Below, piece by piece: positions 21,973 to 32,797 of a stretch of 54,095 bases of DNA (position 1 is the stretch's first letter; every line of letters starts with the position of its first letter). The position numbers and the translations under genes were made by a program. The stretch is from Deltaproteobacteria bacterium (GTDB taxonomy: Bacteria; Myxococcota_A; Polyangia; Polyangiales; Houyiibacteriaceae). Under the pieces are notes generated by a model, which saw nothing but the letters and a program-made list of their open reading frames with translations, made no database searches and was not told where the DNA came from. Location: NCBI GenBank assembly GCA_034670305.1, contig JAXMNT010000050.1, forward strand, positions 1-54,095, in the 5' to 3' direction.

Positions 21973-22766
21973 TCAGAGGCGGCAGTCGATCCAGGCGATG
22001 AACGCGCTTCGGTTCAAGTCTTCCGGACGGCAGGCGTCCGACGCGCCGCTGCGGTTCCAGTCGCAGAAGGTCGGGTTCAGCTGCGCGAACTCTTCGCCCA
22101 GCCACAAAAGGCCGACCTCGCTCTCGAGCGACGGGTCGTTGAAGGTGGTCTGCAGGTGGTTCATCACCGCTTCGGCCCGCTCCCGAGAGAGCGTTCGGTT
22201 GGTCTCGACCCGCCCTTCCGGCGACGCGCGCGAGACGACGAAGAAGTAGCTCGCGCCCCGCCGGTCGGCGAAGGTTCGGTCGATGAGCGCGATCGACGCC
22301 GGGCTCAACTCCGCCGACGCGCGATCGAATTGCACGATGCCGCCGCGGTCCTGCATCGGGAGAAAGAGCGCGTTGAAGTCTTCGCCTTCCATCGTGGCGA
22401 CGTTCCGCGCCTCCACCGGCTGGCATCCGCGCGCGCCTTCGCCGCCGATGAGGCCGCAACTGAGCAGCACGCGCCTGAGCACCCGCTTCAGGTCGCCGGT
22501 GCAGTAGTCCTCATTGGCTTCCGCTGCGACGGCCGCGGTCGGTTCGAGCGACGCCACGTTCTCCGATTCGGCCAGACGCGCCTCCGCACTGCCCGCCCAT
22601 TGCACGACGAGCACCGCCGGCAGCAGACCCAGCACGAACCCCGCGCCGAGCAATCCGTAGAGCAGCTTCCCACCGCCCGAGCCCCCCGCCCCTGCGTGCG
22701 CCGGTCGCGCCGGCTGCGGTTCTTCGACCGCTGCCACCTCTTCGATGTCGAGCCTCGGCGTACGCA

Positions 22767-22767
<1 letters not shown>
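21973..22767 (-). CDS. Membrane-anchored protein with Cys-containing OmpA-like C-terminal domain
   Basis: One TM helix; IVQFDRASAELS ... ASPEG....NRTLSRERAEAV ... NRSA, an OmpA_C-like pattern; start overlaps the upstream stop. Confidence 0.7.
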
Positions 22768-24308
<1,541 letters not shown>

Positions 24309-24452
24309 GCCCCCATCAACGCGCGGACCGAGGTCGCTGTCAAACCGCGCTCTGTCAGGCGCCGCAGGACAGGGCAGAACCCCACGTCCCGCCCAGGGTC
24401 GCGCGACACTGCGTTCGATGGGTGTGGGTCGCCGAGCGCCCGAAACCTAGCC

Positions 24453-24503
24453 CCTGGCCGCCACCTCCCTGTCCGCCACCCTTCCTGTCCGCCACCCTCC
24501 CTG
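24453..24503. repeat. Tandem 15-16 bp repeat CCTGKCCGCCACCY x3
   Basis: Units at 24453-24467, 24468-24483 and 24484-24499. Confidence 0.8.
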
Positions 24504-24519
24504 GGGGCTCAGTGCTTGA

Positions 24520-25644
24520 TCAGCCGGTGCCCACCGCGTCGTGTTTGCGCCGAAGCGTCACCCCCGGCTGCTCGTAGAAACGCGTGTACCACTTGCGCAT
24601 GGGATGGACCGGGCCGTCTCCCTTCACGAGCATGGGGCGCTCTCGATACACCTTCGACTCCCAAAGCCGCACGTCTTCGCACCACTGCGAGAGCCAGTTG
24701 CCGACGACGTAACTCGCGAGCCAGCGCGGCATGGCGCGGTCGGCGTACCAGCGGAAGCGAACGTCCTGCGTCATCGGCGCGACGGGGGTGTGCGTCTGGA
24801 TGAGCGTGATCTTGCCGACCTCGGGAATCTCGAAGTGGAAGCTCACGAGCCCGCCCGGTCCGTCGATGCAGATCTTCGCGCTCGCGCCCGAGCGCGGCAC
24901 CTCTCGACCGAACGCGAAGAGCTGGGCGTCGTTGAGAAACCACGCGACGTGCGGTCGTTCTTCGTCGAGCACCCAGCGCGCTGCGTGGCGCACCTCGAGG
25001 CCCGGCACCTTGATGCCGGTCCACGGCAGAAACATCTCTCCGTGCAGCGGCGAGAAGTGCTGAAAGTCGACGCTGTTCTCCGCGAACTCGATGAGGTGCA
25101 TGTGGACGGGACCGGCGTCGTAGTCGCCGAGGTAGCGCTGCGCCCCATCTTCGATCTCATCGAAGCGCACCGGCCGATACGGCGGCTCGTCGAGTCCGCG
25201 CTTGTCCCTCGGCACGGCCCCGGGACCCCGTCCCGCCGACCTGGCTTGCTCTGCTCCGCTCCGCTTCCCCGCGTCGGTCTCATGGTAGAAGCGCACGAAT
25301 CCGTAGCGTTCGTCGACGTGGTAGGCGGTCGTTCGGAGCGAAGCGGTCAGCCGGTCGTTGTAGGGGATCGCGACCACCTGGCCCGACGCATCGAGTTGCC
25401 ATCGATGGAACGGACACTCGATGCAGTCTCCGACGACCTTGCCCCCAGCGAGGTTGGCGCCCTGGTGCGGGCAGGCCGCGTCCAGCACGACCGGCGTGCC
25501 GCTCGTCTTGCCGCGGTAGACGACGAGCGATCGCCCGAGCGCGCGGACATGCAGCGGGGTCTCGGTCACTTCGTCGGAGCGGGCGAGGACGTACCAGCCG
25601 GAGGGGAACGGGAGCGGATAGGTGGCGAGTCGTTCGGCGTCCAT
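24520..25644 (-). CDS. Rieske non-heme iron oxygenase, KshA/Neverland(DAF-36)-like
   Basis: FPSGWY, CPH...CPFH Rieske ligands, ENSVDFQHFSPLH iron motif, C-terminal DVRLWESK....P.LVKGDGP....RKWY..FY. Confidence 0.88.
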   Translation of the reverse strand: MDAERLATYPLPFPSGWYVLARSDEVTETPLHVRALGRSLVVYRGKTSGTPVVLDAACPHQGANLAGGKVVGDCIECPFHRWQLDASGQVVAIPYNDRLTASLRTTAYHVDERYGFVRFYHETDAGKRSGAEQARSAGRGPGAVPRDKRGLDEPPYRPVRFDEIEDGAQRYLGDYDAGPVHMHLIEFAENSVDFQHFSPLHGEMFLPWTGIKVPGLEVRHAARWVLDEERPHVAWFLNDAQLFAFGREVPRSGASAKICIDGPGGLVSFHFEIPEVGKITLIQTHTPVAPMTQDVRFRWYADRAMPRWLASYVVGNWLSQWCEDVRLWESKVYRERPMLVKGDGPVHPMRKWYTRFYEQPGVTLRRKHDAVGTG

Positions 25645-25887
25645 CGCCTCGCGGCTTCCTTCGGGCCGGGCACGATCAGGCGCGCGCCCGAGCTGCAGGA
25701 GCGCGCGGCGCGCTCGGGAGATCCACTTGCGACGTTGCACTCCGAAGGGGCGTCGTTCCATGCCGCACCATGGAACACTCTAGAACGTGTTTCAACGCTT
25801 TGTGGCCGCCCTGGCGCAGCGGCTCCGCCGCACTCAGCCGCACCCTGCAGTGGCTCAGCCGAACCTCAGCCACACCCGCGCAGCGGC

Positions 25888-27450
25888 TCAAAAAGGGTGG
25901 CGCAGCGAGATGTAGAACGCCGGCACGTAGTTCTCTTGCGGGCTGAATCCCGCGTCGAACCGCAAGAGGAAGGCCTGGCCCCAGTACACGCCGACGCCGC
26001 CCCCGAAGGTGGTCAAGACCGTGCGCAGGTTGCCACCGAAGTCGTCGTAGTCGACGCCGACCCAGCCCGCGTCCGCGAACCCGAAGAGCACGCCTTGGAA
26101 CGCGCCCGCATCCCCGAACAGCACCAGGCGCAACTCGACCTGCCCGACGACCTTGATTCGCCCGATGAACCGCCGCGCCCGAATGCCGCGGCCGATCAAC
26201 TGCCCTCCGAACGCGGTGTCGTTCCAGAAGCCGACCACCGATCCCATCACCACCGTCGGTGGGTCCCCGATCAGCAGGTCCGCGATCGCGCGCGTCGCGA
26301 GAATCAGTCGCTTGTTCCGACTGAGCGCAAAGTACGCCGCGGCGGAGAGGTTCACGCCGGCGTAGTTCCAGTTGCTGCCGATCGCCTGGTGGGCGCCCCG
26401 CAGGTGCGCGGCGAGGATCCACCCACCGGTCGGACGCCGTTCGTCGTCCCGCCGATCGATGACGCCACCGATGCGGACTTCGCTCAAGAACCCTTCCTCG
26501 GCGTCGGGGTGGTCCTGTTCGTAGAGGCTGCCGGGATACGGGCCTTCCGTTCCGATGTAGCCGGGCAGGGTGTAGCTCCCTTCCCATTCGCCGGAGAGTT
26601 CGATGCCGCGCGGCACCGGCTGCCAGCGAAGCGCGAACTGCAGGGTCGGTCGGAGGATCCGGTATCGGTAGTAGTGCTCGACGAAGTCACCGTGCGCCGG
26701 GTCGTCGGGGGTGAGGCCGATGTTCATCGCCGCCGCGCGCGCGTCGATGCCCGAACACGTGACCTGGTTGCCGACACCACAGTAGTGACCGACCGGGGTG
26801 CCGGTGAAGTTGGCCGCGAGCTTCATGCGCAGCGGAATGTCGAAGAGGCCCACCCGCTCCCAGATGAGCTCGTGAAACTGCACGAGGTCCGTGGTGAGCA
26901 ACGTGATGAGCTGCACTTTGTCGCGGAACGGTTCGAACCCTTCCTCGTAGTGAAAGAGCTGACCGAGAAGCGCGCCGGCAAACCCGATGTCGCTGCTGTA
27001 GCCGACGAGCGGAATCAGAAACCACTCGTAGGGCTTGAACTCCTCTTCCTCTTCTTCCTCTGCCTCGTCGTCGGACCCACGCAGGTCGACGACGACGGCC
27101 CTGCCATCGATGCCTTCGATGGTCGCGGTTCCGGTCGCGTCTTCGGACTCGGTGGTCGGGCGCACCCGCACCGGGCGCCGTCGCGGCCGCTCGTTCTCAA
27201 GCGTCCGGGGTTCGGCCCAGGCCGGCACGCGCGCCCGCGGCTCGGCGGAGGGTTCCACGGTTGCGGCATCGGTGTCGGCGTCCACGGTTCCGGCGTCGGC
27301 CGCGTCGGTGGCGTCGATGGTCCTCGCGAGCGGTCCGTGGAGGTAGTCGTCCCGTGCATCCACGGACTCGGAGACATCCAGGTCCGGCGTCTGTCCCTGC
27401 GCGTGCCCAGCGATCGCCCATAGGGTGCAGACGCAGGCGAGGCGGAACAT
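25888..27450 (-). CDS. Omp85/BamA-TamA family outer-membrane beta-barrel
   Basis: Signal peptide; IPLVGYSSDIG, DRRDD, GRGIRARRF (L6-like), FADAG, GGGVG, LRFDAG; C-terminal Phe. Confidence 0.8.
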   Translation of the reverse strand: MFRLACVCTLWAIAGHAQGQTPDLDVSESVDARDDYLHGPLARTIDATDAADAGTVDADTDAATVEPSAEPRARVPAWAEPRTLENERPRRRPVRVRPTTESEDATGTATIEGIDGRAVVVDLRGSDDEAEEEEEEEFKPYEWFLIPLVGYSSDIGFAGALLGQLFHYEEGFEPFRDKVQLITLLTTDLVQFHELIWERVGLFDIPLRMKLAANFTGTPVGHYCGVGNQVTCSGIDARAAAMNIGLTPDDPAHGDFVEHYYRYRILRPTLQFALRWQPVPRGIELSGEWEGSYTLPGYIGTEGPYPGSLYEQDHPDAEEGFLSEVRIGGVIDRRDDERRPTGGWILAAHLRGAHQAIGSNWNYAGVNLSAAAYFALSRNKRLILATRAIADLLIGDPPTVVMGSVVGFWNDTAFGGQLIGRGIRARRFIGRIKVVGQVELRLVLFGDAGAFQGVLFGFADAGWVGVDYDDFGGNLRTVLTTFGGGVGVYWGQAFLLRFDAGFSPQENYVPAFYISLRHPF

Positions 27451-27634
27451 CGGCGGCGTGATAGCGCGTCGGGACCGCCAACGAAAGGTGCGGCGTGCGC
27501 CTCGAAGCCGGCTTCGGCTTCGGGTTCCATGTCCCCCCCGGTTCCAGATTCGATCTCATCCCTCCTCGCCGGACTCGGGTTCGATCTTTGTCCTCTGGGA
27601 ACCCCGCGCGTTTCGCGATACACCCCGGAGCGCG

Positions 27635-29695
27635 ATGACCCGTTCCGCGCCCAGCCATCCGGCCCGCCGTTTTGCGGACGTAGCGCTGGCTGCGGTCGTG
27701 CTCTTGGTCGTCGCGATGATGATCGTGCCGTTGCCGACGGCGCTGCTCGATCTGCTCGTCGTCGGCAACATCTCGATCGCGGTGTTGATGCTGCTCGTCG
27801 CGATGTACGTGCGCGACGGCCTTCAGTTCACCGCGTTCCCGACGATCCTCCTGGTGACGACGCTCTACCGGCTCGCGTTGAACGTCTCCTCGACGCGGCT
27901 GATCCTGTTGCAAGCCGACGCGGGGGATGTGATCGCCGCCTTCGGCGACTTCGTGGTGCAAGGCAATTACGTGGTCGGCGCGGTGGTCTTCTTGATCCTC
28001 ACGTTGATCCAGTTCCTCGTGATCGCGAAGGGGTCCGAGCGGGTCGCGGAGGTGGGGGCGCGCTTCACGCTGGATGCGATGCCGGGCAAGCAGATGAGCA
28101 TCGACGCGGAGCTTCGCGCCGGATCGCTCTCCCAAGAAGACGCGCGACTCAAACGCAACACACTCCAACGCGAGAGCCAGTTCTACGGCGCGATGGATGG
28201 CGCGATGAAGTTCGTCAAAGGCGACGCCATCGCGGGCATCGTCATCACGATCATCAACATCCTCGGTGGGTTGGCGATCGGCGTCGCGCAACGCGATCTC
28301 GGCGCGGGCGATGCGCTCGCGACCTATGGCCTGCTCACCATCGGCGACGGACTCGTCTCGCAGATCCCCGCGCTTCTGATCTCGACGGCGGCAGGCCTCG
28401 TGGTCACCCGGGTGGCCTCGGAGGGCGAAGACTCCTCTCTCGGCGGCGACGTGGCGAAGCAGGTCTTCGGCGACCCCCGCGCGCTCAAGGTCGCGGCGGT
28501 GTTCTTGTTGATCCTCGGTCTCGTCCCCGGCCTCCCGCTGCTCCCCTTCTTGGTGCTCTCGGTGCTGCTGGCGGTCCTCGCGTTCCGGCTCGGCCGCGCG
28601 AAGCCACCCACGGAGAAGGTGCAGGTGGTCGCCAAGGAGGAGGCGGCACGCGAGACCAAAGCACGGCGCCAGATGGTGCCGCTCGTGGTGCCGGTGTCGG
28701 TGGAGGTCGGAGAAGGATTTCTCGAGGAGGTGGCCGACGGAAGTGGAGGCGGGCCATTGCTCGAAGAAGAGGTGCCGGCGCTTCGGGATCTGCTCTTCCT
28801 CGAGCTCGGCGTCGCGTTGCCCGGCGTTCGTGCCCGCGCCACCCCAGCGCTCGAACCGGACCAGTACGTGCTCTCGATGCAGGAGGTGCCGGTCGGCAGC
28901 GGTGTGCTGCGACCCGATCGCTGGTTGGCGCTCGAGGTGCCGGCGGTCGTCGAGTCGTACGGGGTGGTCGGCGAACCAGGGATCGATCCGACGACCGGCG
29001 GCCCGGCGACTTGGATCCATCCCCGCGACGCGGCGACGATCGAAGACGAGATCGCAGTGCTCAAGCCCGCGGCCGTGGTCGCCCACCACCTGGGCCATGT
29101 CATCCGCCGTTCGGCCGCGCAGCTCGTGGGCATCCAGGAGGTCCAGTCGATGCTGGACCAACTCGAGCGCGCGTATCCGGCGCTCGTGCGCAACGTGGTG
29201 CCCAAGCCGGTCTCGCTTGCGCTGCTCGCGGATGTGCTCCGCCGGCTGGTGGACGAAGGGGTCTCGATCCGCCCGCTGCGCGAAGTGCTCGAGACCCTGG
29301 CGATCCACGCGCCCACCGAACGCGATCCGGTCACCCTGACGGAACTCGTGCGCGCCGGTCTCAAGGGACAGATCACCCACCGCCACGCGCAGGAGGGGGT
29401 GCTGCCCGTGTACCTCTTGGGCGTGGAGATCGAGGAAGCGGTGCGGGACGCGATTCAACGCACCTCGAGCGGCGCGTACCTCGCGCTCGCGCCGGACCTT
29501 GCGCGCGACATTCTCGCGGTGCTCAAACGGGAGTGCCGGAAGGAGCTCGGCGAGGCCATCCTCTTGACCCAGGCCGACATTCGACGCTTCGTACGTCGCC
29601 TGGTCGAAGCCGAACTCCCGCACGTGGTGGTGCTCTCGTTCCAAGAGCTCGCGCCGACGGCACAGGTACAGCCGCTCGGCCGCATCGGGTTGTAG
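27635..29695 (+). CDS. sctV: Type III secretion export gate (SctV/EscV/LcrD family)
   Basis: FPTILLVTTLYRLALN, KGSERVAEVGARFTLDAMPGKQMSIDAELRAG, ESQFYGAMDGAMKFVKGDAIAG, LTIGDGLVSQIP; diagnostic residues favour SctV over FlhA. Confidence 0.9.
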   Translation: MTRSAPSHPARRFADVALAAVVLLVVAMMIVPLPTALLDLLVVGNISIAVLMLLVAMYVRDGLQFTAFPTILLVTTLYRLALNVSSTRLILLQADAGDVIAAFGDFVVQGNYVVGAVVFLILTLIQFLVIAKGSERVAEVGARFTLDAMPGKQMSIDAELRAGSLSQEDARLKRNTLQRESQFYGAMDGAMKFVKGDAIAGIVITIINILGGLAIGVAQRDLGAGDALATYGLLTIGDGLVSQIPALLISTAAGLVVTRVASEGEDSSLGGDVAKQVFGDPRALKVAAVFLLILGLVPGLPLLPFLVLSVLLAVLAFRLGRAKPPTEKVQVVAKEEAARETKARRQMVPLVVPVSVEVGEGFLEEVADGSGGGPLLEEEVPALRDLLFLELGVALPGVRARATPALEPDQYVLSMQEVPVGSGVLRPDRWLALEVPAVVESYGVVGEPGIDPTTGGPATWIHPRDAATIEDEIAVLKPAAVVAHHLGHVIRRSAAQLVGIQEVQSMLDQLERAYPALVRNVVPKPVSLALLADVLRRLVDEGVSIRPLREVLETLAIHAPTERDPVTLTELVRAGLKGQITHRHAQEGVLPVYLLGVEIEEAVRDAIQRTSSGAYLALAPDLARDILAVLKRECRKELGEAILLTQADIRRFVRRLVEAELPHVVVLSFQELAPTAQVQPLGRIGL

Positions 29696-30019
29696 ACCGC
29701 GCGAGCGACCATCCGCTGGATGGTGCGTTGGACGCCTTCAGCGACCGATGGTTGCGGGGTCGGTGTCGGCATCCTGGTAAGGTGCGGGGGTGAACCGTAG
29801 GGCAAAGTTGCGCGCGTCGATTGTGGCCGTGGGCCGATGGTGTCGGCGTTCGCCCACACCCCCGAAGTGGGGTGTCTACAGGGACCTGAATACCAAGCGT
29901 ACACAGGCCGTCGGACCTTCCTCGCGCCGTGTTCGATCCACCGTGCCCGCGGCGTGCAAGCGCCTGCAAAACGTCGCCGTCGACGAGGTTGGATCGATGT
30001 TTGCTCTGGGTGTCCCCCA

Positions 30020-32080
30020 ATGAACGAGCCTGCGCCCACGAACTTGCTGCTGGATCGCTTTCGACTCCACGCCATTCCGCTCAAGGAGCGGCGCGGGTAC
30101 GTCGCGCTGGCCACCGACATGGCGCTTGGGCGCCGGGTGACGCTGCGGGTGTTCGGTCCGGTGGTGGCCAACCGCTCGGGCGCGCGCGCTCGGGTACGCC
30201 TCGCGCGGGAGCTGAAGATCCTCGGCGGACTGACCTCTCGGGCGGCTCCGAAACTCTACGACGTCGTGGACGCCGCGGAGTGGGTGGTGATGGTCATGGA
30301 ACCGATCGACGTGATTCCGCTTCCACCCCAACAGATGTCGGATCCCTCCGCGGCGATTGGCGTCGCACTCTCGCTCCTCGACGTCCTCGCGGAAGCGCAC
30401 GAGCTCGGGGTGGTCCACCGTTCGGTGACTCCGGATGCCATCGGTCTCAAACGATTGAGCCCCAACCGGGGCGTGGTGAAGCTGCTCGGCTGGGGCCGCA
30501 TGACCGACCTCGGCCACGTGCCGACGCTGACCGAATCGGACATCGGGGTCCGCATCGATCGCAACTGGGCGCCCGAGGTCTTGCTCAACGACACGGTGGA
30601 CCAGCGGACGGATGTCTACGGGGTCGGCACCGTGCTCTACCAGATGCTCTCGGGCCGCCCGGTGGTGGCCACCGAGTCGGAGCGCCCCGACGAAGTCGTG
30701 CGCGAGATGCTCCGCTCCAACCGCTCGCTGCGTCTCGAAGGCATGGATGCGCTGTCGGGATGGATCGAGAAGGCGCTCGCCATCGAACCGAGCCGGCGCT
30801 TCGAGTCCGCGAAGGTCGCCGCGAGAGAACTCGCGGCGCTTCGTACCGGACGCTCGGAGCCGCCATCCGGGGTCACGGCACTCTCGCCCAGCAGCGGCAC
30901 GAAGATCGCGGAGCGCTACGAAGTCATCGACGAGGTCGGCCGTGGTGGCATGGGCCTCGTGCTGCTCGCCAAAGACATCCAGCTCGAGCGACCGGTGGCG
31001 ATCAAGATGCTCGACGACGTCAGCCCGACCGCGCGCGAGCGGCTGCGTCTGGAGGGTCGGGGACTCGGCCGGGTGGTCAGTCCGCAGGTCGTGCACGTGT
31101 ACGACTACGGCGAGCACGAAGGCGTGCCCTTCCTCGTGATGGAGTACATCGAAGGCGAACCGCTCGAAGATCTGCTCGGCCGTTCCCCTGAGGGACTCCC
31201 GATCGATCTGCTCAAGCTGGTCGTGACCGAGGTCGCCCGAGGGCTTCGCGCCATTCACGACGTCGGCATGGTGCACGGCGACATCAAACCCTCGAACGTC
31301 GTGCTCGGAAAAGACAACCGGGTGGTGCTGCTCGACTTCGGGCTCGTGCGTCCAGCGGTGGCGTTCGGCGGCGAAGCCATCCCGATCGAAGGCAGCCCCG
31401 CGTACATGGCGCCGGAGCGGATCGAAGCCCGGGTCGAGCCCGACTCGGCCGCGCAGGTAGATGCCTACTCGTTCGCGGTGATGATGTTCGAACTGTTGTC
31501 GGGATGGCTCCCCTTCCAGAGTGGGTCGGTATTGGAGATGCTCGCCCACCACCGGGTCAAACCGCCGCCCGCCGTGAGCGAACACCGCACCGACCTCTCC
31601 CACGACGTGGACCACGTGCTGAAGCGCGGCATGGCCAAGAAGGTCGCGGACCGTTATCCGACGGTCGAGGACTTTGCCCAAGCACTCGTCGCGGCCCTGA
31701 ACCGCGCGCCGCTCTTCGACGCCTCGCTCCTGATCGTGTCGGACGACGCCCGCGCCCGCGCCTCGTTGGCCCACGTGATCTCCGAGCGGCTCAAGCCGCG
31801 CGCCCTGCACGAGTCGGGTGTGGCGACGGTCGGGTTCGCCGCGCAGAAGTCCGCCCCGAACGTCATCCTCTGGGCCGGCTCGGTGAACCATCTGCTGGCG
31901 TCGATGCCGGCACTTCAAGAACACTGTTCGCACGCGGCGATCGTCGCACTCGTGGACGACGAGTCGGAACACCGAGAACGTTTGCGCAAAGTGGGCGTCA
32001 CGATGCTCGTGCCGCGCGGGTCCGGCGAGGTGCTCGAACGGGTCTTGCTCAGCGCCATTCGCCAGTCGATGCGTCCCTGA
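30020..32080 (+). CDS. Tandem pseudokinase + Ser/Thr kinase + receiver-like domain
   Basis: Domain 1 has VTLR, HRSVTPDA and GWG (degenerate). Domain 2 has GRGGMG, VAIK, HGDIKPSN, DFG and APE. The C-terminal LLIVSDD...NVILW is REC-like. Confidence 0.88.
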   Translation: MNEPAPTNLLLDRFRLHAIPLKERRGYVALATDMALGRRVTLRVFGPVVANRSGARARVRLARELKILGGLTSRAAPKLYDVVDAAEWVVMVMEPIDVIPLPPQQMSDPSAAIGVALSLLDVLAEAHELGVVHRSVTPDAIGLKRLSPNRGVVKLLGWGRMTDLGHVPTLTESDIGVRIDRNWAPEVLLNDTVDQRTDVYGVGTVLYQMLSGRPVVATESERPDEVVREMLRSNRSLRLEGMDALSGWIEKALAIEPSRRFESAKVAARELAALRTGRSEPPSGVTALSPSSGTKIAERYEVIDEVGRGGMGLVLLAKDIQLERPVAIKMLDDVSPTARERLRLEGRGLGRVVSPQVVHVYDYGEHEGVPFLVMEYIEGEPLEDLLGRSPEGLPIDLLKLVVTEVARGLRAIHDVGMVHGDIKPSNVVLGKDNRVVLLDFGLVRPAVAFGGEAIPIEGSPAYMAPERIEARVEPDSAAQVDAYSFAVMMFELLSGWLPFQSGSVLEMLAHHRVKPPPAVSEHRTDLSHDVDHVLKRGMAKKVADRYPTVEDFAQALVAALNRAPLFDASLLIVSDDARARASLAHVISERLKPRALHESGVATVGFAAQKSAPNVILWAGSVNHLLASMPALQEHCSHAAIVALVDDESEHRERLRKVGVTMLVPRGSGEVLERVLLSAIRQSMRP

Positions 32081-32104
32081 CCCGCCCCCACGTGTTGCGT
32101 CGGA

Positions 32105-32797
32105 TCAGGTTGCCTTTGGCTCGTCGCTGATCAGCAGCCGGCCATCGTCCATGTTCTCGATGTAGAGCGCGTGCTCGCCGCCGCGGTAGCCACCGCCCCC
32201 ACTCGATGCCGCGCGCCACCGCGCTTTGCCGACCACCGTCACTCGTTCGTCTGGTTCGAGCACCGCCTCGCATGCTTGAAATGCTTCGCTGCCGTCGACG
32301 CCGCGTCCGTCCAGGAACGAGATGAGTCGCGCTTCGTCGATCGAGTGCGGCATCGCCTCCCAGCGCAGCAGGGTGTCGGGGTTGCCAGCGCCGGCCCGCA
32401 ACGCGGCGTCCTGCTGCAAGGCGAGGTCGAGAGACTGTTTGGCGATCCTCGCCGCGGTGGCACGCCACTGTTCCGCCCCATCCTCGACGAGCAGGAACGG
32501 CACGCTGTCGGCGGCATCTAGGCACTTCACCGGGTGGTTGTTGCCTTCCACACGCTTCCAGACGAGCACCTGCCAGGCGAGACACGGTCGGTCGGTCAGC
32601 GGTGCCAGGAGGGTGTCGCCATCGGCCGTCGCGGTGCCGATCAACCGCACCACTTCGCCGTCCGCGGCGTCCTTGATCGACACCACCGGGTGGCGCCGGA
32701 TCTCGCGGAGGATCTTGGCCCGCTCGAGCGTCAGGTAGCGGACCACACCCGCGACGACCATCGCACCGGCGTACGCGAACACCATCCACGCGGGCAT
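32105..32797 (-). CDS. Membrane-anchored GIDE-domain-like protein
   Basis: N-terminal TM; GEVVRLIG...LLAPLTDRPC, VPFLL..G, EAVL.P..RVTVVG and LLISD resemble bacterial GIDE-like proteins. Confidence 0.55.
   Translation of the reverse strand: MPAWMVFAYAGAMVVAGVVRYLTLERAKILREIRRHPVVSIKDAADGEVVRLIGTATADGDTLLAPLTDRPCLAWQVLVWKRVEGNNHPVKCLDAADSVPFLLVEDGAEQWRATAARIAKQSLDLALQQDAALRAGAGNPDTLLRWEAMPHSIDEARLISFLDGRGVDGSEAFQACEAVLEPDERVTVVGKARWRAASSGGGGYRGGEHALYIENMDDGRLLISDEPKAT

Noticed and set aside
24541-27423. Long antisense or alternate-frame ORFs (e.g. 24541-27423, 18085-20085, 49166-51913, 20042-22249)
   Set aside because: These are Arg/Gly/Pro-rich shadows expected at high GC, overlapping well-supported genes and lacking motifs.
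27635-29695. Flagellar flhA
   Set aside because: Diagnostic residues (KGSERVAEV, QMSID..LRAG, GAMKFVKGD) match SctV, and no flagellar genes are nearby.
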